A DNA stretch of 63,874 bases, counting the filler, from Octopus bimaculoides (lineage: Eukaryota), in NCBI RefSeq assembly GCF_001194135.2. It is 6 parts of 4 records of this genome, joined end to end, with 100 filler letters (N's around TTAATTAATTAA, not from the genome) between each part and the next. Parts side by side here need not be neighbours in the genome. Positions count along the whole stretch, not along the records: positions 19,715 to 50,290 come from NC_068981.1; 5 more parts are not named here. One strand, given 5' to 3'. The notes under the pieces are model-generated. The model searched no databases. It saw only the letters and a list, made by a program, of their open reading frames with translations, and was not told the DNA's origin. Each line of letters begins with the position of its first letter. Within the stretch, counting starts at the first letter, position 1. Made by a program: the position numbers and the translations under genes. This document shows, one piece after another, positions 33,819-48,278 of the stretch.

Positions 33819-36800
33819 NNNNNNNNNNNNNNNNNNNNNNNNNNNNNNNNNNNNNNNNNNNNNNNNNNNNNNNNNNNNNNNNNNNNNNNNNNNNNNNNNN
33901 NNNNNNNNNNNNNNNNNNNNNNNNNNNNNNNNNNNNNNNNNNNNNNNNNNNNNNNNNNNNNNNNNNNNNNNNNNNNNNNNNNNNNNNNNNNNNNNNNNNN
34001 NNNNNNNNNNNNNNNNNNNNNNNNNNNNNNNNNNNNNNNNNNNNNNNNNNNNNNNNNNNNNNNNNNNNNNNNNNNNNNNNNNNNNNNNNNNNNNNNNNNN
34101 NNNNNNNNNNNNNNNNNNNNNNNNNNNNNNNNNNNNNNNNNNNNNNNNNNNNNNNNNNNNNNNNNNNNNNNNNNNNNNNNNNNNNNNNNNNNNNNNNNNN
34201 NNNNNNNNNNNNNNNNNNNNNNNNNNNNNNNNNNNNNNNNNNNNNNNNNNNNNNNNNNNNNNNNNNNNNNNNNNNNNNNNNNNNNNNNNNNNNNNNNNNN
34301 NNNNNNNNNNNNNNNNNNNNNNNNNNNNNNNNNNNNNNNNNNNNNNNNNNNNNNNNNNNNNNNNNNNNNNNNNNNNNNNNNNNNNNNNNNNNNNNNNNNN
34401 NNNNNNNNNNNNNNNNNNNNNNNNNNNNNNNNNNNNNNNNNNNNNNNNNNNNNNNNNNNNNNNNNNNNNNNNNNNNNNNNNNNNNNNNNNNNNNNNNNNN
34501 NNNNNNNNNNNNNNNNNNNNNNNNNNNNNNNNNNNNNNNNNNNNNNNNNNNNNNNNNNNNNNNNNNNNNNNNNNNNNNNNNNNNNNNNNNNNNNNNNNNN
34601 NNNNNNNNNNNNNNNNNNNNNNNNNNNNNNNNNNNNNNNNNNNNNNNNNNNNNNNNNNNNNNNNNNNNNNNNNNNNNNNNNNNNNNNNNNNNNNNNNNNN
34701 NNNNNNNNNNNNNNNNNNNNNNNNNNNNNNNNNNNNNNNNNNNNNNNNNNNNNNNNNNNNNNNNNNNNNNNNNNNNNNNNNNNNTACATACATCCATCTA
34801 TCCATCCATCCCTCCATCCATCCATCCATACATATATATATATACATACATACATGCATACATACGAGATGAAGCAAAATATAAATAAGACAAATAAATG
34901 ACATTGCAATGTTTATTTATGTTTGCTGAGGACACTGAGAGCAGATAAGAATATATTTTTACTTTCTTTTTATACTGTTGCTTCAACGGTACTCTAGTTT
35001 AAAGCGAGTTCACAATCTGGTTTCAAACGCCAGTTTTAACAAAAACGTCCCAGGAAAACTCACGAACTTCATTAATTTCTGTTTCCCTTCTTCAATATAT
35101 CCAAGCTGCTGTGTATCTATTTATGAAACCAGGCTTTCTGTAAGTGTTTCTCCACCCACCTGATGGCTGTTATATTGCATTTCCCGCTGTTGAGTTTTTG
35201 ACATTCCGCTACGTATGCAATTAAAGTTGCCAGCTACCTGTTTACATTATCTCTGCTCACTTTAACCTTCACAATATATTATGAAGGTTAACACCAGATA
35301 GCAGACATATTAAAAAGGGTATTTAAAGCGAAGGGATCGACCCCTATCAAGATTCTGTATGGGCTTCTTGGGACTTGCTATAATGATGTTAACTCTCAGA
35401 AACAGGTAAAAAAATAAATGCGTGATGTTCATTTGTTAACAGTGTAGGTGAAGCGAAAATTGAAGCTGCATCGGTCGATGGCACTTTCTCCATAAAGTTT
35501 GTACGTGTCAACCGCTTAATATTTAAGCATCCTTATCAGATTCCAGACGAATTTCTTGCGACTCGTTGCAAAGATGTTAACTCTTAGAAAAATCGGAAAC
35601 GTGAATATATGATGTTGGTTCATTAACAATGTAGATAAAAAGAAAATTAAAACAGTATTGGTCGGTGACACTTTCTCTGCAGAGTTTGGAGTAGTTTAGC
35701 TTGAGTGTATGCCCCCTAGGGTAGCCCTTGATTTTTCCGCCCACCATCGGGTCCCCGAGTCTTTTCAGGCTTATACAGCAGACCCCAAAGTGCAGATACC
35801 ATAAAAGTGTCGCCCGGGGCCGACTGCCCTAGCTTCACCTTGCCTACCTCCTAGCTGTGCTTCTGAGAGCTTGTTAGTGTCAACTACTCAAGTGGGCGTC
35901 GTTTAGTACTTGCACCGTTTACTGAGATTTTACAGTGAATAGGCAAGCACGCAAGATTCTTAGCTCAAGGAGATCAGGTGAACGAAAACAAGATGTTATA
36001 GGTATTTAAGAATGTTTTCAAGTGGCAGGAAGTAATTAAGACCCCCGGCTGAGCCTTAATTCTACTTTACTCAGTTTCCACTATTTATCATGGTAATATA
36101 GAGAAGATTAACACTAAAGTGGTATCTTTACATAGCTTTATCAAAGATTACACCTCAATCGATATCTACGTACAAGTAAACCAGCCAACAAGGAAGCCTC
36201 TGTGCAGACGCTCGATCTACAAAAAATAGCAACCAAATTCCTTCAAACGCACACGAGCTAACGAGAGACCTTTATGTGGTTGACGGATCAGTACTAGAAA
36301 TAGTGGCATGATACCCTAAAATCACAGTTTACCGTCTTTAAAAAGGACAATATAATGTTAGATATATAAGAAACAAGATAGTTGTTCATGGGTGGAAGGC
36401 CTTTGATGTAAATCTGTTCAATAATGTGCAGACCTGGGTCAGATTTCATTGAGGAAGACTAGTAGACATTCATACACACAAGTCTCCCACTCCAAACATT
36501 GATATGTTTGATACAGCTGACACTAGTGTTGTTACAGGTGCTACTGTGAGAACACAAAGAACCAGGAAAGATACCGCAAAGCACCTCGCCCGGCATTTTA
36601 ACAGTTTCGCCAATCGACCGTCCTGAATTGGCAATTATTTTATCGACACCGAAAAGATGTAAGGTAAAGTTGCCATCGACCAATGAAGTCGGAACAAATA
36701 CGGCAAAGCTTTCTATCTAACGCCTTAATTCGCTTGCTGACCTGGAGGTAAACAACCGGTAGGAATGAGCACCACTTCTACTTCTGATGAGTTCGAATTT

Positions 36801-39570
36801 AGCCGAGGTCAACTTTATCTTTCATTCTTTCGGGGGTCTATAAAATAAGAACCAGTGAAGCACTGGGGCCGATGTAATCGACTAACCCTTCCTCTTTAAA
36901 GAAAAAAAAAACTGCCAGCTTTGAGCCAAAATTAAAAAGAATTATTTTTTTGTTCTGATCGGGGTAGAATACGGAGAATTGTTGGGGCTTTAGAGAAAGA
37001 AAACAATGCCAAGTGGTATTTGTTCCAACTCTTTAGATTCTGAGTGCAAATACTGCCGTGGTCAATTTTGCCATTTCTCCTTTTGAGGTCGATAAAATAC
37101 CAGTCAAGTACGGGGGTGGATGATATCGCCTAACCTCCACCTCTCAAATTTGTTGGCCTTTTGCTAAACTCAGGAATTATTATTTATATCTCTGATATTC
37201 CGCTGAGGTCGACTTTACATTTCATCCTTTCGGTGCCAATAAAATAAGTGCCATCACTTAATTTGCTGGTCTTGTGCCAAAATGTGAAATCATTATTTAT
37301 ATCTCTGATCTATTTGCTCTCTAATCTCAATGCAATATTGGTGCACGTTCTAACATAATTAAAAAAGAAAGTAAATTCGGGTTAGATTTTCGAGTTTCCA
37401 AGATTAATAACATTAAGTCAAGTGGTAAGCCTGGATTTTAATCTCGCTACTGACTTTACAATACGTTCACCTTTCTTATTCAATACTTCTTCCTAATTCA
37501 TGTAATGTCTCTAAGCTTTAAATAGACTGGCTGATGTTTTAAGACTATTATTACATCACACTATTGTTTATTACCACTTTTCATGAAGTTAAAAAAACTA
37601 CTTCTGAAAAGTGCCAATCTAAACTACTTTTAGTAAGCTGTGTACTATACACACTCACACCCACTCATTGCACCTGCTTTTCTTTCTCCAAAAATTCATA
37701 TCGTATTTCACTTCCTTCCTACACTTCAGGTAGATGGTAAATTGGTAGAGTCGTTAGACAAATGGCGCCCGGTATTTATTGCAGCGCCTTTCGTTCGGCG
37801 TTTAAACCCTGCTGGCGTTCGCTTTAGATTTTTATTCTTTCGATAAATAAAGTTTCAGAGTCTAGGGCAGTGGACTGATAGTATTTGTTCCGGTTCTTTG
37901 TGTTCTGAGTTCAAAACCTACTTGGCTAGTAGACTTAACTTGTTGCTCAGTTTAACGCTATCACCTAGCTCTTGGTTGCTTATAGCTGAGTCGACTTTAT
38001 TGTAAGTATTCAGGTAGGGTCTGCGAAGTGAGGTGCCTCCTCCACTCTAGTCTCAGAGACCTTTTAAAAGGTCAGGGCTACTGCCCCATCTCTCTTAAAT
38101 GACTATCAAAATCTCTCCCTTACCAGACATTGTACAAGTTTTTTTTTTTACTAAAAGCGACCGATCTGCAGAAGTTGACATTGAACATTAACCGCATTAA
38201 AATCACAAATACGGCTGTCTCCTAGCAAGAGTTACCGACCTTTTCTATCTTTCTCAAAATAAATTATTATTTCAAATTTTGGCACAACGCCAGCAATTAT
38301 ATTGACTCCGAAAGGATGAAAGACAAAGTCAACCTCGGTGGAATATGAGCTCAGAACATAAAGAGCCGGATGAAATGCCGCCAAACATTTTGCTCGACGC
38401 GCTAACACTTCTACTAGCTCGCTGTCTCCCTCAGACTAAATAATAAAGGAATTTTATCATAAAATTAATTAGGCATCATATTTGTATCGTCTAACTTATG
38501 AGAAGGATTGATTCCAAAATATTGGTGTTCGCTATTGTAATTTTCAAAAGTGGGTGATAAGCTTCGCAGCTGACTCTATGATTTGGTATCAATTTTCAGT
38601 TGTCCGTTTTACTTCATATACATTCATATACATTATAAATGTCATTGAGAAATGCATGCCCGCCACATACTCCCACTGCATTTGTCTAGTGATTATAAAA
38701 AAAGAAAAAAACAAGAGTTTTAAATGTACGCGAATACTGTGATGAAGTTCATAATTCGGTTTCAATTCCCAGTTAGTAACACCTCACTGCGTCGATAATT
38801 CCCCCAAGAAAAGCACGAACATCACAACTCTAACATTCTTGACCTCTCAAGGCTATGAAACTTTGTAATGTTATAGATGAAAGTGAATCAAATGAGTTGC
38901 TCTGACTAACTTACGTTTCGGCTTTCAAAGTTATTCGGATGTCAATTGTTTTTTTTTTCACCCTCAAGCTTCCATTTAAATTAAAACCAGGAATATACTG
39001 AGGTTAATTTAACAGAATGTATTCACCTTGTTATATAAAGAAGTTTCGCCGTATGATGAAACGAAATTAATTTTAGAGGAAAGTTGAAAAAACATGATAT
39101 ACTAAATAACTATATTACGAATAATAGTTACATTTCTGGATTCAATAAACTCGTCCTTTTTTTTTTTATCTCCAGGTGATGAAAATATAGTAGAGCACCC
39201 AATACTTTTCTTTATCATGATTAGTTGTTACCTTTTAAAATTTGATCCATTATCATACCAGGATCGATATTATTGATCTATACGCCAATAGTATGAACTA
39301 GGGTTTGCACTTGCACTAAAAATATCAATACCTCAAGTTCAACTAAATATTTTTGTTAATAAATTAAATGTTAACTTTAAATTGAATAAAAGTTAAGACC
39401 ATATTAAGTGTTTTAATAAGGAAAACGGAAAGAAAATCCCAAACTAATTTTGATCACAGATACTAAAAGAGCAATTATGGTCAATAAAAAGAAAGGGAGA
39501 AATTCGTTTCTTTTACCTGTTTCAATTATTTGACTGCAGTCATGCTGGAGCACCACTATAAGTAAAGACT

Positions 39571-39642
39571 AGGTTTTACCGAGACTTGAACTCGGATCGC
39601 TGGATTCAAAGTCCAGAGTGCTAACCATTCTACCATACAACT
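39571..39642 (-). tRNA. tRNA-Gln(TTG), probably a pseudogene
   Basis: AGTTGTATGGTAGAATGGTTAGCACTCTGGACTTTGAATCCAGCGATCCGAGTTCAAGTCTCGGTAAAACCT has a canonical Gln core. The acceptor stem has two mismatches (A1:C72, G5:A68). Confidence 0.8.
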
Positions 39643-41068
39643 GCTTCGATGTGAATAAATTTTTAGAAAATCTGTTATACTCCGATAGGAGGAAAGATGC
39701 ATACCTATGACGTCTAAACTGTCCCGCTAACAATAACCAGCTTCACAGTTCTTACGAATCACATTTTATTGACATATTTTTACAGGAAGAAAAGAAAGAG
39801 AAAAATATTAAAAGTATAAGAGATCAAATTACAGAGAAAAAAAAACCATAACTACCCCACCAAGAAAACAAAGAAAAAGAAAAAAAACAGATGGGGGAGT
39901 AACGAGTAGTACACCTCAGAACAAATGGCGTGTTCAGCCGCGTCTCGCGGCAGTGACATAGATAACGGGGGAGCAAGGGAAGCGACCGCTACACACAAAC
40001 ACATTTTTCAAAATTGGCGTCTTTTCAACAATTTTTTTTCACACTTTAGTTCACTTGTGCGATGAAAGTCGAATCTCTTCTGTTGTTTTTTTTTCGTTAA
40101 TTTCACGGCCTTGGAAGAACTTTCTGGAGTCATTACTTTATTTGACCAATCTCCCATGTTTTTGGATTGTCTGCACAATCTCCTGTAATGTGTTGGTGGC
40201 CGCTGACATTTGAAGAACCAGAACAAACCCTGACGTCACAACCTCTTGATACTGGACGAGCCCGTGGAGTTTCTTTTACACGTCACACCTATATCAGTAG
40301 TTGTTAAGTTTCACACATGATAGCATTGTTACTGAAACATGAAATTAATGTAGAATGCAATTACGTATACTATAACTAATGAAATATTTCGTGTAATGTA
40401 AGAGAAATGAGTTTAAAACTGTTTGGTATGTGCCACGGCGCCTTTTTTATGTGCTCGTCCACCCACTCCCCAAGTCTAGGACGTGACTCGCTCCCCATAT
40501 ATTTAGAACGTGGCTACGCCTCTGCCTTTGCCTCGCGGACATGATTGCAAAGGCGTTGCTGCAGACGATGGCCAGCGACATTTGCTGCAATAGCCACTGT
40601 CTTGAAGAAATCACTGGAAATGCTCAACGAAACGATACCACAAATATTTACCTTCCATTTAGAACTTTCGGAAAACTTTAAAATGATTATTGATTTGTCT
40701 TCCCTCATAAGTTGAACAAAATCTGCTGGTCGAGTTGTCAAAATGGCGGGATACCGTACGAATGTTCAGTGCTTCGTATCCAGTTATCGTCACTGCGTTG
40801 GGTTGCAAGCAGAGAAAGATCATGAGTTATTGGTATGGATTAACAGGTATATCGTGCAATCAAGTTCACTTTGCAATCATCGTGTTCCGTATTCGATCCC
40901 ACTGCGCAGCACTGTGGATAAGTGTCTTCTGCCGTACCCTGGAAGTGTTAAATCAGCTGATCAGGGTACTTCAGTTTGAACCTGTTCTCAATATAAGAAT
41001 TACGTTAGCCAACGTTGTGTCCTTTCTTTAGTTTGTGGATTAACTTGTTCTCAGAAGAATAAGCAATA

Positions 41069-41124
<56 letters not shown>

Positions 41125-43920
41125 AGAATCATCAACAAGGCCGCTAAGCATGCAAGACTCCAGGAGTTCTAACAAAAGCTGAGTTAAAAGAATTTGACTG
41201 TCTGTCGATAATTGCCCTTTTTTCGGCCCTCCCATCCTTTACTCGGCCGGCGGAACATCTAAAATGGAACAACTGGAAAGAAAGAGGGCTGTACTAGCAC
41301 TTGGTCTGTATTCATTTCAAGAGAGTAGACTGGTGCTATATGAAATGAAGTACTTTTCTACTTTTCCCAAGGACNNNNNNNNNNNNNNNNNNNNNNNNNN
41401 NNNNNNNNNNNNNNNNNNNNNNNNNNNNNNNNNNNNNNNNNNNNNNNNNNNNNNNNNNNNNNNNNNNNNNNNNNNNNNNNNNNNNNNNNNNNNNNNNNNN
41501 NNNNNNNNNNNNNNNNNNNNNNNNNNNNNNNNNNNNNNNNNNNNNNNNNNNNNNNNNNNNNNNNNNNNNNNNNNNNNNNNNNNNNNNNNNNNNNNNNNNN
41601 NNNNNNNNNNNNNNNNNNNNNNNNNNNNNNNNNNNNNNNNNNNNNNNNNNNNNNNNNNNNNNNNNNNNNNNNNNNNNNNNNNNNNNNNNNNNNNNNNNNN
41701 NNNNNNNNNNNNNNNNNNNNNNNNNNNNNNNNNNNNNNNNNNNNNNNNNNNNNNNNNNNNNNNNNNNNNNNNNNNNNNNNNNNNNNNNNNNNNNNNNNNN
41801 NNNNNNNNNNNNNNNNNNNNNNNNNNNNNNNNNNNNNNNNNNNNNNNNNNNNNNNNNNNNNNNNNNNNNNNNNNNNNNNNNNNNNNNNNNNNNNNNNNNN
41901 NNNNNNNNNNNNNNNNNNNNNNNNNNNNNNNNNNNNNNNNNNNNNNNNNNNNNNNNNNNNNNNNNNNNNNNNNNNNNNNNNNNNNNNNNNNNNNNNNNNN
42001 NNNNNNNNNNNNNNNNNNNNNNNNNNNNNNNNNNNNNNNNNNNNNNNNNNNNNNNNNNNNNNNNNNNNNNNNNNNNNNNNNNNNNNNNNNNNNNNNNNNN
42101 NNNNNNNNNNNNNNNNNNNNNNNNNNNNNNNNNNNNNNNNNNNNNNNNNNNNNNNNNNNNNNNNNNNNNNNCTGCGTTGCACCTTGGGCAAGTGTCTTCT
42201 ACTATAGCCTCCGACCGACCAAAGCCTTGTGAGTGGATTGGGTAGACGGAAACGGAAAGAAGCCCGTCGTTTATATATATATATATATATATATATATGA
42301 ATGTAATTGTGTGTCTGCGTTTGTCCCGCCACCGTCGTTTGACAACCAATGTTGGTGTGTTTACGTCCCCCGTAACTTAGTGGTTCGACAAAAGAGACCG
42401 ATAGAATAAGTCCTGGGGTCGATCTGTTCAACTAAAGGTGGTGCTCCAGCATGGCCGCAGTCAATTGACTGAAACAAGTAGAAGAATAAGAGAATAAAAG
42501 AATATATATATGACGGGTTTCCATACAGTTTCCGTCCATCAAATTCACCCACAAGGCATTTGGCAACCCGGGTCTATAATAGAAAACTCTTGCCCAAGGT
42601 GCCACACAGTGACACTGAACCCGAAATCACTTGGTTGCAAAGCGAAAATACTTTTAAAACAGTGTTTCTCAACCTTTTTAATATCCAGACCAGATTCAAA
42701 ACCTAGATTTGTTTGGAGGCACCAAAAACAGTAAAACGTGAGTCAAAGAACAATTTATAATATTTATAGAAGGAATTCTATTTGGGGAAGCCGGAAGAAT
42801 GCTTGAGGGCAGTGGCGGCTCGTAGATAAAATTTTTAGCCGTTGTTTTAATATTGTGTAAAAGGAAACAAACATAAAAAGAATGTTTATACATAAACCTG
42901 ACCGGTGTGCGTTTTAGCCATTGCCGGGTAGTGTATTTAATTTGTTCACTGAATACCGCCGTGAATTCTCCCTTGTTTTTCACCCCCCCCCCCCCTAAAT
43001 CACAAAATAAGTGGGGTGGGGGGAATCTACCCTATTTTTCAAATCTAAGCTGCTACACTGTAGCTGGAAGCAGGATAATAATCTAATTCTACACTTTATC
43101 ATATTCACATTTTTAAGCTCAACGCACGCGGAATGAAAAAGACACACTACTTTTCACCAGCACTGCGTGAACCACAGTGCTCTCTCTCCCTAGCATGAAG
43201 CTTCCTATCTCGGAGATGTGAGCATGCGCACATCAGCCAGACACTGTGAAGCGCACAGTTCTATACAAGGACTTTTGTATTTTTTTCATAAACTAGGGGA
43301 TGACTGTTGACATTAAGCTTAAGGATTATATAATGTACAAGTATAAAGAAAGAATTAAAGAAAAAAGGACTCATTATATTCAATGTTATCGATAATACCG
43401 AGTGGAAATAGGGGTGCTGTAGATCCGCAGTGCTTATACACGAGCCGCTACTGCTTGAGGGCTGCATGCGGCCCTAAGAGCCGCGTTTAACAACTGCTGC
43501 TTTAGACACAAGAAACTGTGTCAATGTATTATTTGTGTTATTTTGCGCTGATTTTTGTGGTAGTGTGGTGGCTGAGGAATGGGAGAGAGGTGCATTAGTT
43601 CATGTCAAAAAACACCGTATGTTGCACAGATATTAACCTAATATCATTTTAATCTCCACCATCAACCCTCGTTACTCTCTCTCTCTCTCTCTCTTTCTCT
43701 TTCTCTTGCTCTCTCCCTCTCGCTTGCTTGCTCTTGTGATGCTGTTTTCTTATCAAAAATCACCTCAGATAAAGCCACCCACGCTTTGCACTGGGATAAC
43801 AAACGCCTCTGTGAATTCTTCAAACCAGTCTTTTTCAAAGGTCGAAACTAAATGAATCACCTAAGATCCATTTTGCGGATTCTTTTTCTTATTTTCCTTT
43901 ATACCCCACTCTCTTCCTTC

Positions 43921-43979
<59 letters not shown>

Positions 43980-44062
43980 TATGTATGTATGTATGTATGT
44001 ATACACATAGACGCACACACATAAATGCGTACATATATACATATATAAATACATATATATAC

Positions 44063-44097
<35 letters not shown>

Positions 44098-45072
44098 NNN
44101 NNNNNNNNNNNNNNNNNNNNNNNNNNNNNNNNNNNNNNNNNNNNNNNNNNNNNNNNNNNNNNNNNNNNNNTGTGTGTGTGTGTGTGTGTGTTTATATATA
44201 TATATATATATACATGTATGCATAAAGGTATTTGTGGGTATATATATTTTTATATATTTATGTACACACACATATGTGTGTGTGTGTGTTTCGCTTTTTC
44301 TTACTCATTGGATATAAACATAGAAGTGTTTATTTGTCTTATAATACAAGATCTATTTACATTAGTCTTCAGTTTTTGGTCCATTTTTAGCTGTTTTGGG
44401 TGTGTTCCGTATCTTATGGAATAAAGTAGGTGGCTTGGGTAAATGAGATTCACCAAAACAACCGATGGCGTCGGGCGGGGTAAAAGAACTTTCGTAGGCA
44501 ATCAAACAACTTGGAGGGGGAAAAAAAGGTAAGTAGCAAGGTAAGTTAAACGAGAAAACATACGAGGGTAATTTTACAAGATTCTTGTTTATGGAACTAC
44601 CTATTTACCTGTATTTTGTAATGCTCTTTGAAATTACACCCTTTGATCAACTGTGATTAATATCATCTNNNNNNNNNNNNNNNNNNNNNNNNNNNNNNNN
44701 NNNNNNNNNNNNNNNNNNNNNNNNNNNNNNNNNNNNNNNNNNNNNNNNNNNNNNNNNNNNNNNNNNNNNNNNNNNNNNNNNNNNNNNNNNNNNNNNNNNN
44801 NNNNNNNNNNNNNNNNNNNNNNNNNNNNNNNNNNNNNNNNNNNNNNNNNNNNNNNNNNNNNNNNNNNNNNNNNNNNNNNNNNNNNNNNNNNNNNNNNNNN
44901 NNNNNNNNNNNNNNNNNNNNNNNNNNNNNNNNNNNNNNNNNNNNNNNNNNNNNNNNNNNNNNNNNNNNNNNNNNNNNNNNNNNNNNNNNNNNNNNNNNNN
45001 NNNNNNNNNNNNNNNNNNNNNNNNNNNNNNNNNNNNNNNNNNNNNNNNNNNNNNNNNNNNNNNNNNNNNNNN

Positions 45073-45104
<32 letters not shown>

Positions 45105-47984
45105 TGTGTGTGTATGTGCACACATGTACTTATATATATATGCAAACACACACTATGTATGAGGATAGATAGACAGATAGATAAATAATGTGCAGCAAGA
45201 TTGACATGCACATGCACGCATACACGCACACTCACTCAAGTGCACGTACACACGCACACACGCACAAACACGCACACACTGAGAAATCTGGAGAAATATA
45301 GAAGAGAACAAGATAGAGATTGTAACTCATCACCTGTACTGATTTACTTCACTAACATTTTCCCACTATCAACTGAGTTGAGAAATTTCTCCATTTGCAA
45401 GGTCATCGTTAATAATACAACCACTCCACAGACATTTTATCTCTGTGGCACAGATAAATGCGAATATCTGTAAAAACAAATCTTAGCTTCCGTAATCGTT
45501 TCTCTAAAACCCGAATCTTAACGAGAGACGTAACAAGTGGTGTCCTTGTTAAACTCAACTGGTGATATTTTAACAGAGCTGCAGCGACGAGCAGGGAGAA
45601 CCATATTTGCATGCCGGGCAAAATGCTTAGCGGCATTTCGTCTGTCTTTACATTCCGAGTTCAAATTCCGCCGAGGTCGATTTGCCTTTCATCTTTTCGG
45701 GGTCGATTAAATAAGTACCCTATTACGCACTGGGGGGTCGATATAATCGACTTAATCTCTTTGTCTGTCCTTGTTTGTCCTCTTTATGTTTAGCCCCCTG
45801 TGGGCAATAAATAACTTTGTCTTTACATTCTGCGTTCAAATTCCGCCGAGGTCGACTTTGACTTTCATTCTTTCGGGGTCGATAAAATAAGTACCGATTG
45901 ATCTAATCGACTTATCTCCTTACTCGAAATTACTGACCTTGTGCCAAAATTTAAAATCGATATTTCAACAGTGTTAGCATCAGAAAATTGTGCTCGTTAC
46001 GCTGAGGACCAGAAGGTCTGTCGTGAGCACTGGAACTAATAAGGCAGCGACTTGACCCAGTCTCCGACTCTTCCCACCACTGCTAAAAAAGGAAGTCTGG
46101 TCCGCGGCAGGTTTCATGATCCAACGATTGTTGGAATTTATTTACGCCTGAGTGGACTAGAACAATGTGAAATGAAGTGTTTTCCCGGTCCGGGAATCGA
46201 AACCACGATCTTACTATCATGACCGCAATGCTCCGCAACCTGTAGACCACGGGCCTTCTCATCGAGAACCATTACCGATGGTCAACTGAGTTTAAAATCT
46301 TGAGAGATAGAAATAAAAAAAAATTAAAAAAATTGGCTCTCCGTCGGTTACGACCACAAGGGTTCCAGTTGATCCGATCAACAGAACAGTTTATTCGTAA
46401 AATTAGCGTGAAAGTGGCTGAGTACTCCCGCCGACACGCGTATCCTCAACGTAGTCCTCAGAGAATTTCAGCATGACATAGAATATAACAAAGCAGGCCC
46501 CTTCGATTACTGGTGCAACTCATTTCTTGCCAGTTGTGTGGACTGGAGTAACGTGAAATAAGTGTCTTGCTCAAGGACACAAGGAGCAGCCGGGAATCGA
46601 AATCACCACCTTACGACCGTGAGCCGAATGCCCAAACCACTAAGCCACGTGCCTTAACTAGAAATCAATAAACGGCTTCCTGAAATCATTTTAATACTCA
46701 ATCTTTTCCAGTCTACATGTGTTGTGAGACGATGGCACTGGGATAATGACGTTTTCTGTAATGACTATATGTACAGTCAGCCGCCACTCAAGGTCAAATA
46801 TTACTTCGTAACATGTATCGTGCTTTTGCCAATTGTTTAGGTGCCTATGAAGTCACCAGCAGGCAAAGATACGCTCTCGACTCACCCATCCTTGACACAG
46901 CAGACCATCCAGGACATGAGAACTGGAGGGAGCACCTAGCTGCTACTCATTACAGCTGAAAAGACTGGAACAACGTGAAGTGATGTGCCTTACTCAAGGA
47001 CACAACATATCACCCGGTCCACGAACTGAACCCTCGGCTTTATTACAATGAGCCGAGCACCCTAACCACAAGACCACGCGCCTTATGGTAGAAGCACAGC
47101 AACAAACAGCGTCACCACTCCATCTTTGTAGGTCATCTACCAACCTTTTATTTATATTTATCACAATCTTTCTCCCTGTTCATTCCTCAGAGTTGCTCAT
47201 CCACCCGCTTCTTGATCTTTCTAACCTTTTTTTAGTCGTTTAACATCTTCACCGAAATCTTTTAACTTCAGTGATGAACCAGAAAAGGTAGAGATATAAA
47301 CTAGAAAAAAATCTACTAAATTCCATTAGTTGGATTCTTTCCCAACAAAGATGTGACTCCACTTTGCAATAGAAGCCACATACAGAATACACCGGCCAAT
47401 AATAGAACCAACCAATTTGATATTACTAACTGAATCTCATAGTGCTTTGTCACTCTATAACTCAATGTATTTAAAACTCAGAGATTGGTTCTTTGCTACA
47501 TTCTGTCTTCGTTGGTGTAAAGTATAGCATAATGTCCCGGAAATCCTTAGAGCTCACAGTGTCCGTCAATACTGCGTTGTGGAAAACTTCGGTTATTTCT
47601 GCAGTGTCACCTATTGAGAGCACGCACCAACTCAACAAACACGTTTAATATATTACTGTTTACAAAGCTGTTCGAATCCAGAGAATGCTATTCAAAATTT
47701 CCTGTTTCGTCAACAGCCAGGTGCCTTGCTACAACCAGGGATCACCTAGCCAAGACTCTCCAGTTCCCTTTCTGTTGTGCTACATGCATACACTCAGCCA
47801 GGTTTTTGTTTCCAATCCATTATTTGACGTCGTCAGTCTACAAATGTCTTTGACGACCTTACGTTCTCTTCTTTTCAATACTCTCTGTCAGGATGGTCTT
47901 GAGAAATGACACATGGTGCATTCTGTGTCCAAGTATGATAACTTTGTGGATTTCATTTTCGACAATAGGCATCTTTGAACTTTC

Positions 47985-48278
47985 ATTTGTCAAGTACTGG
48001 TACCACGTAAAAAGCACTCGTGTCTGCGCCCCGTAAAAACAACCGTGCCGGCGCCACATAGGAAGCATTCGTGTCGGTGCCTCGCAAAATCATCCAGTAC
48101 AGTCTGTAAAATATCTGGAGTTAGGAAGGGCATCCAAACGTAGAAGCCGTGCCAAAACAGACGACTGGAGTCTAGTATAGCTCTCCGGTTTACCACCACC
48201 TTTCAAACAGTCCAAACCATACCAGCACAGAGAACAGATGTTAAATTATGATGATGATGATGATGATGATGATGATGC
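47985..48278 (+). mobile_element. Older, diverged RTE-type 3'UTR with (GAT)n tail
   Basis: GGAGTTAGGAAGGGCATCC...GTAGAAG...GTCCAAACCATACCAGCA...GATGTTAAA-TTATGATGATGAT. Confidence 0.6.

Noticed and set aside
27057-34909. Long ORFs of 200-440 aa in the ORF track (also 41.3-42.4, 51.0-51.9, 56.9-57.8 and 62.6-63.6 kb)
   Set aside because: They consist mostly of X residues from N gaps plus microsatellite translations.
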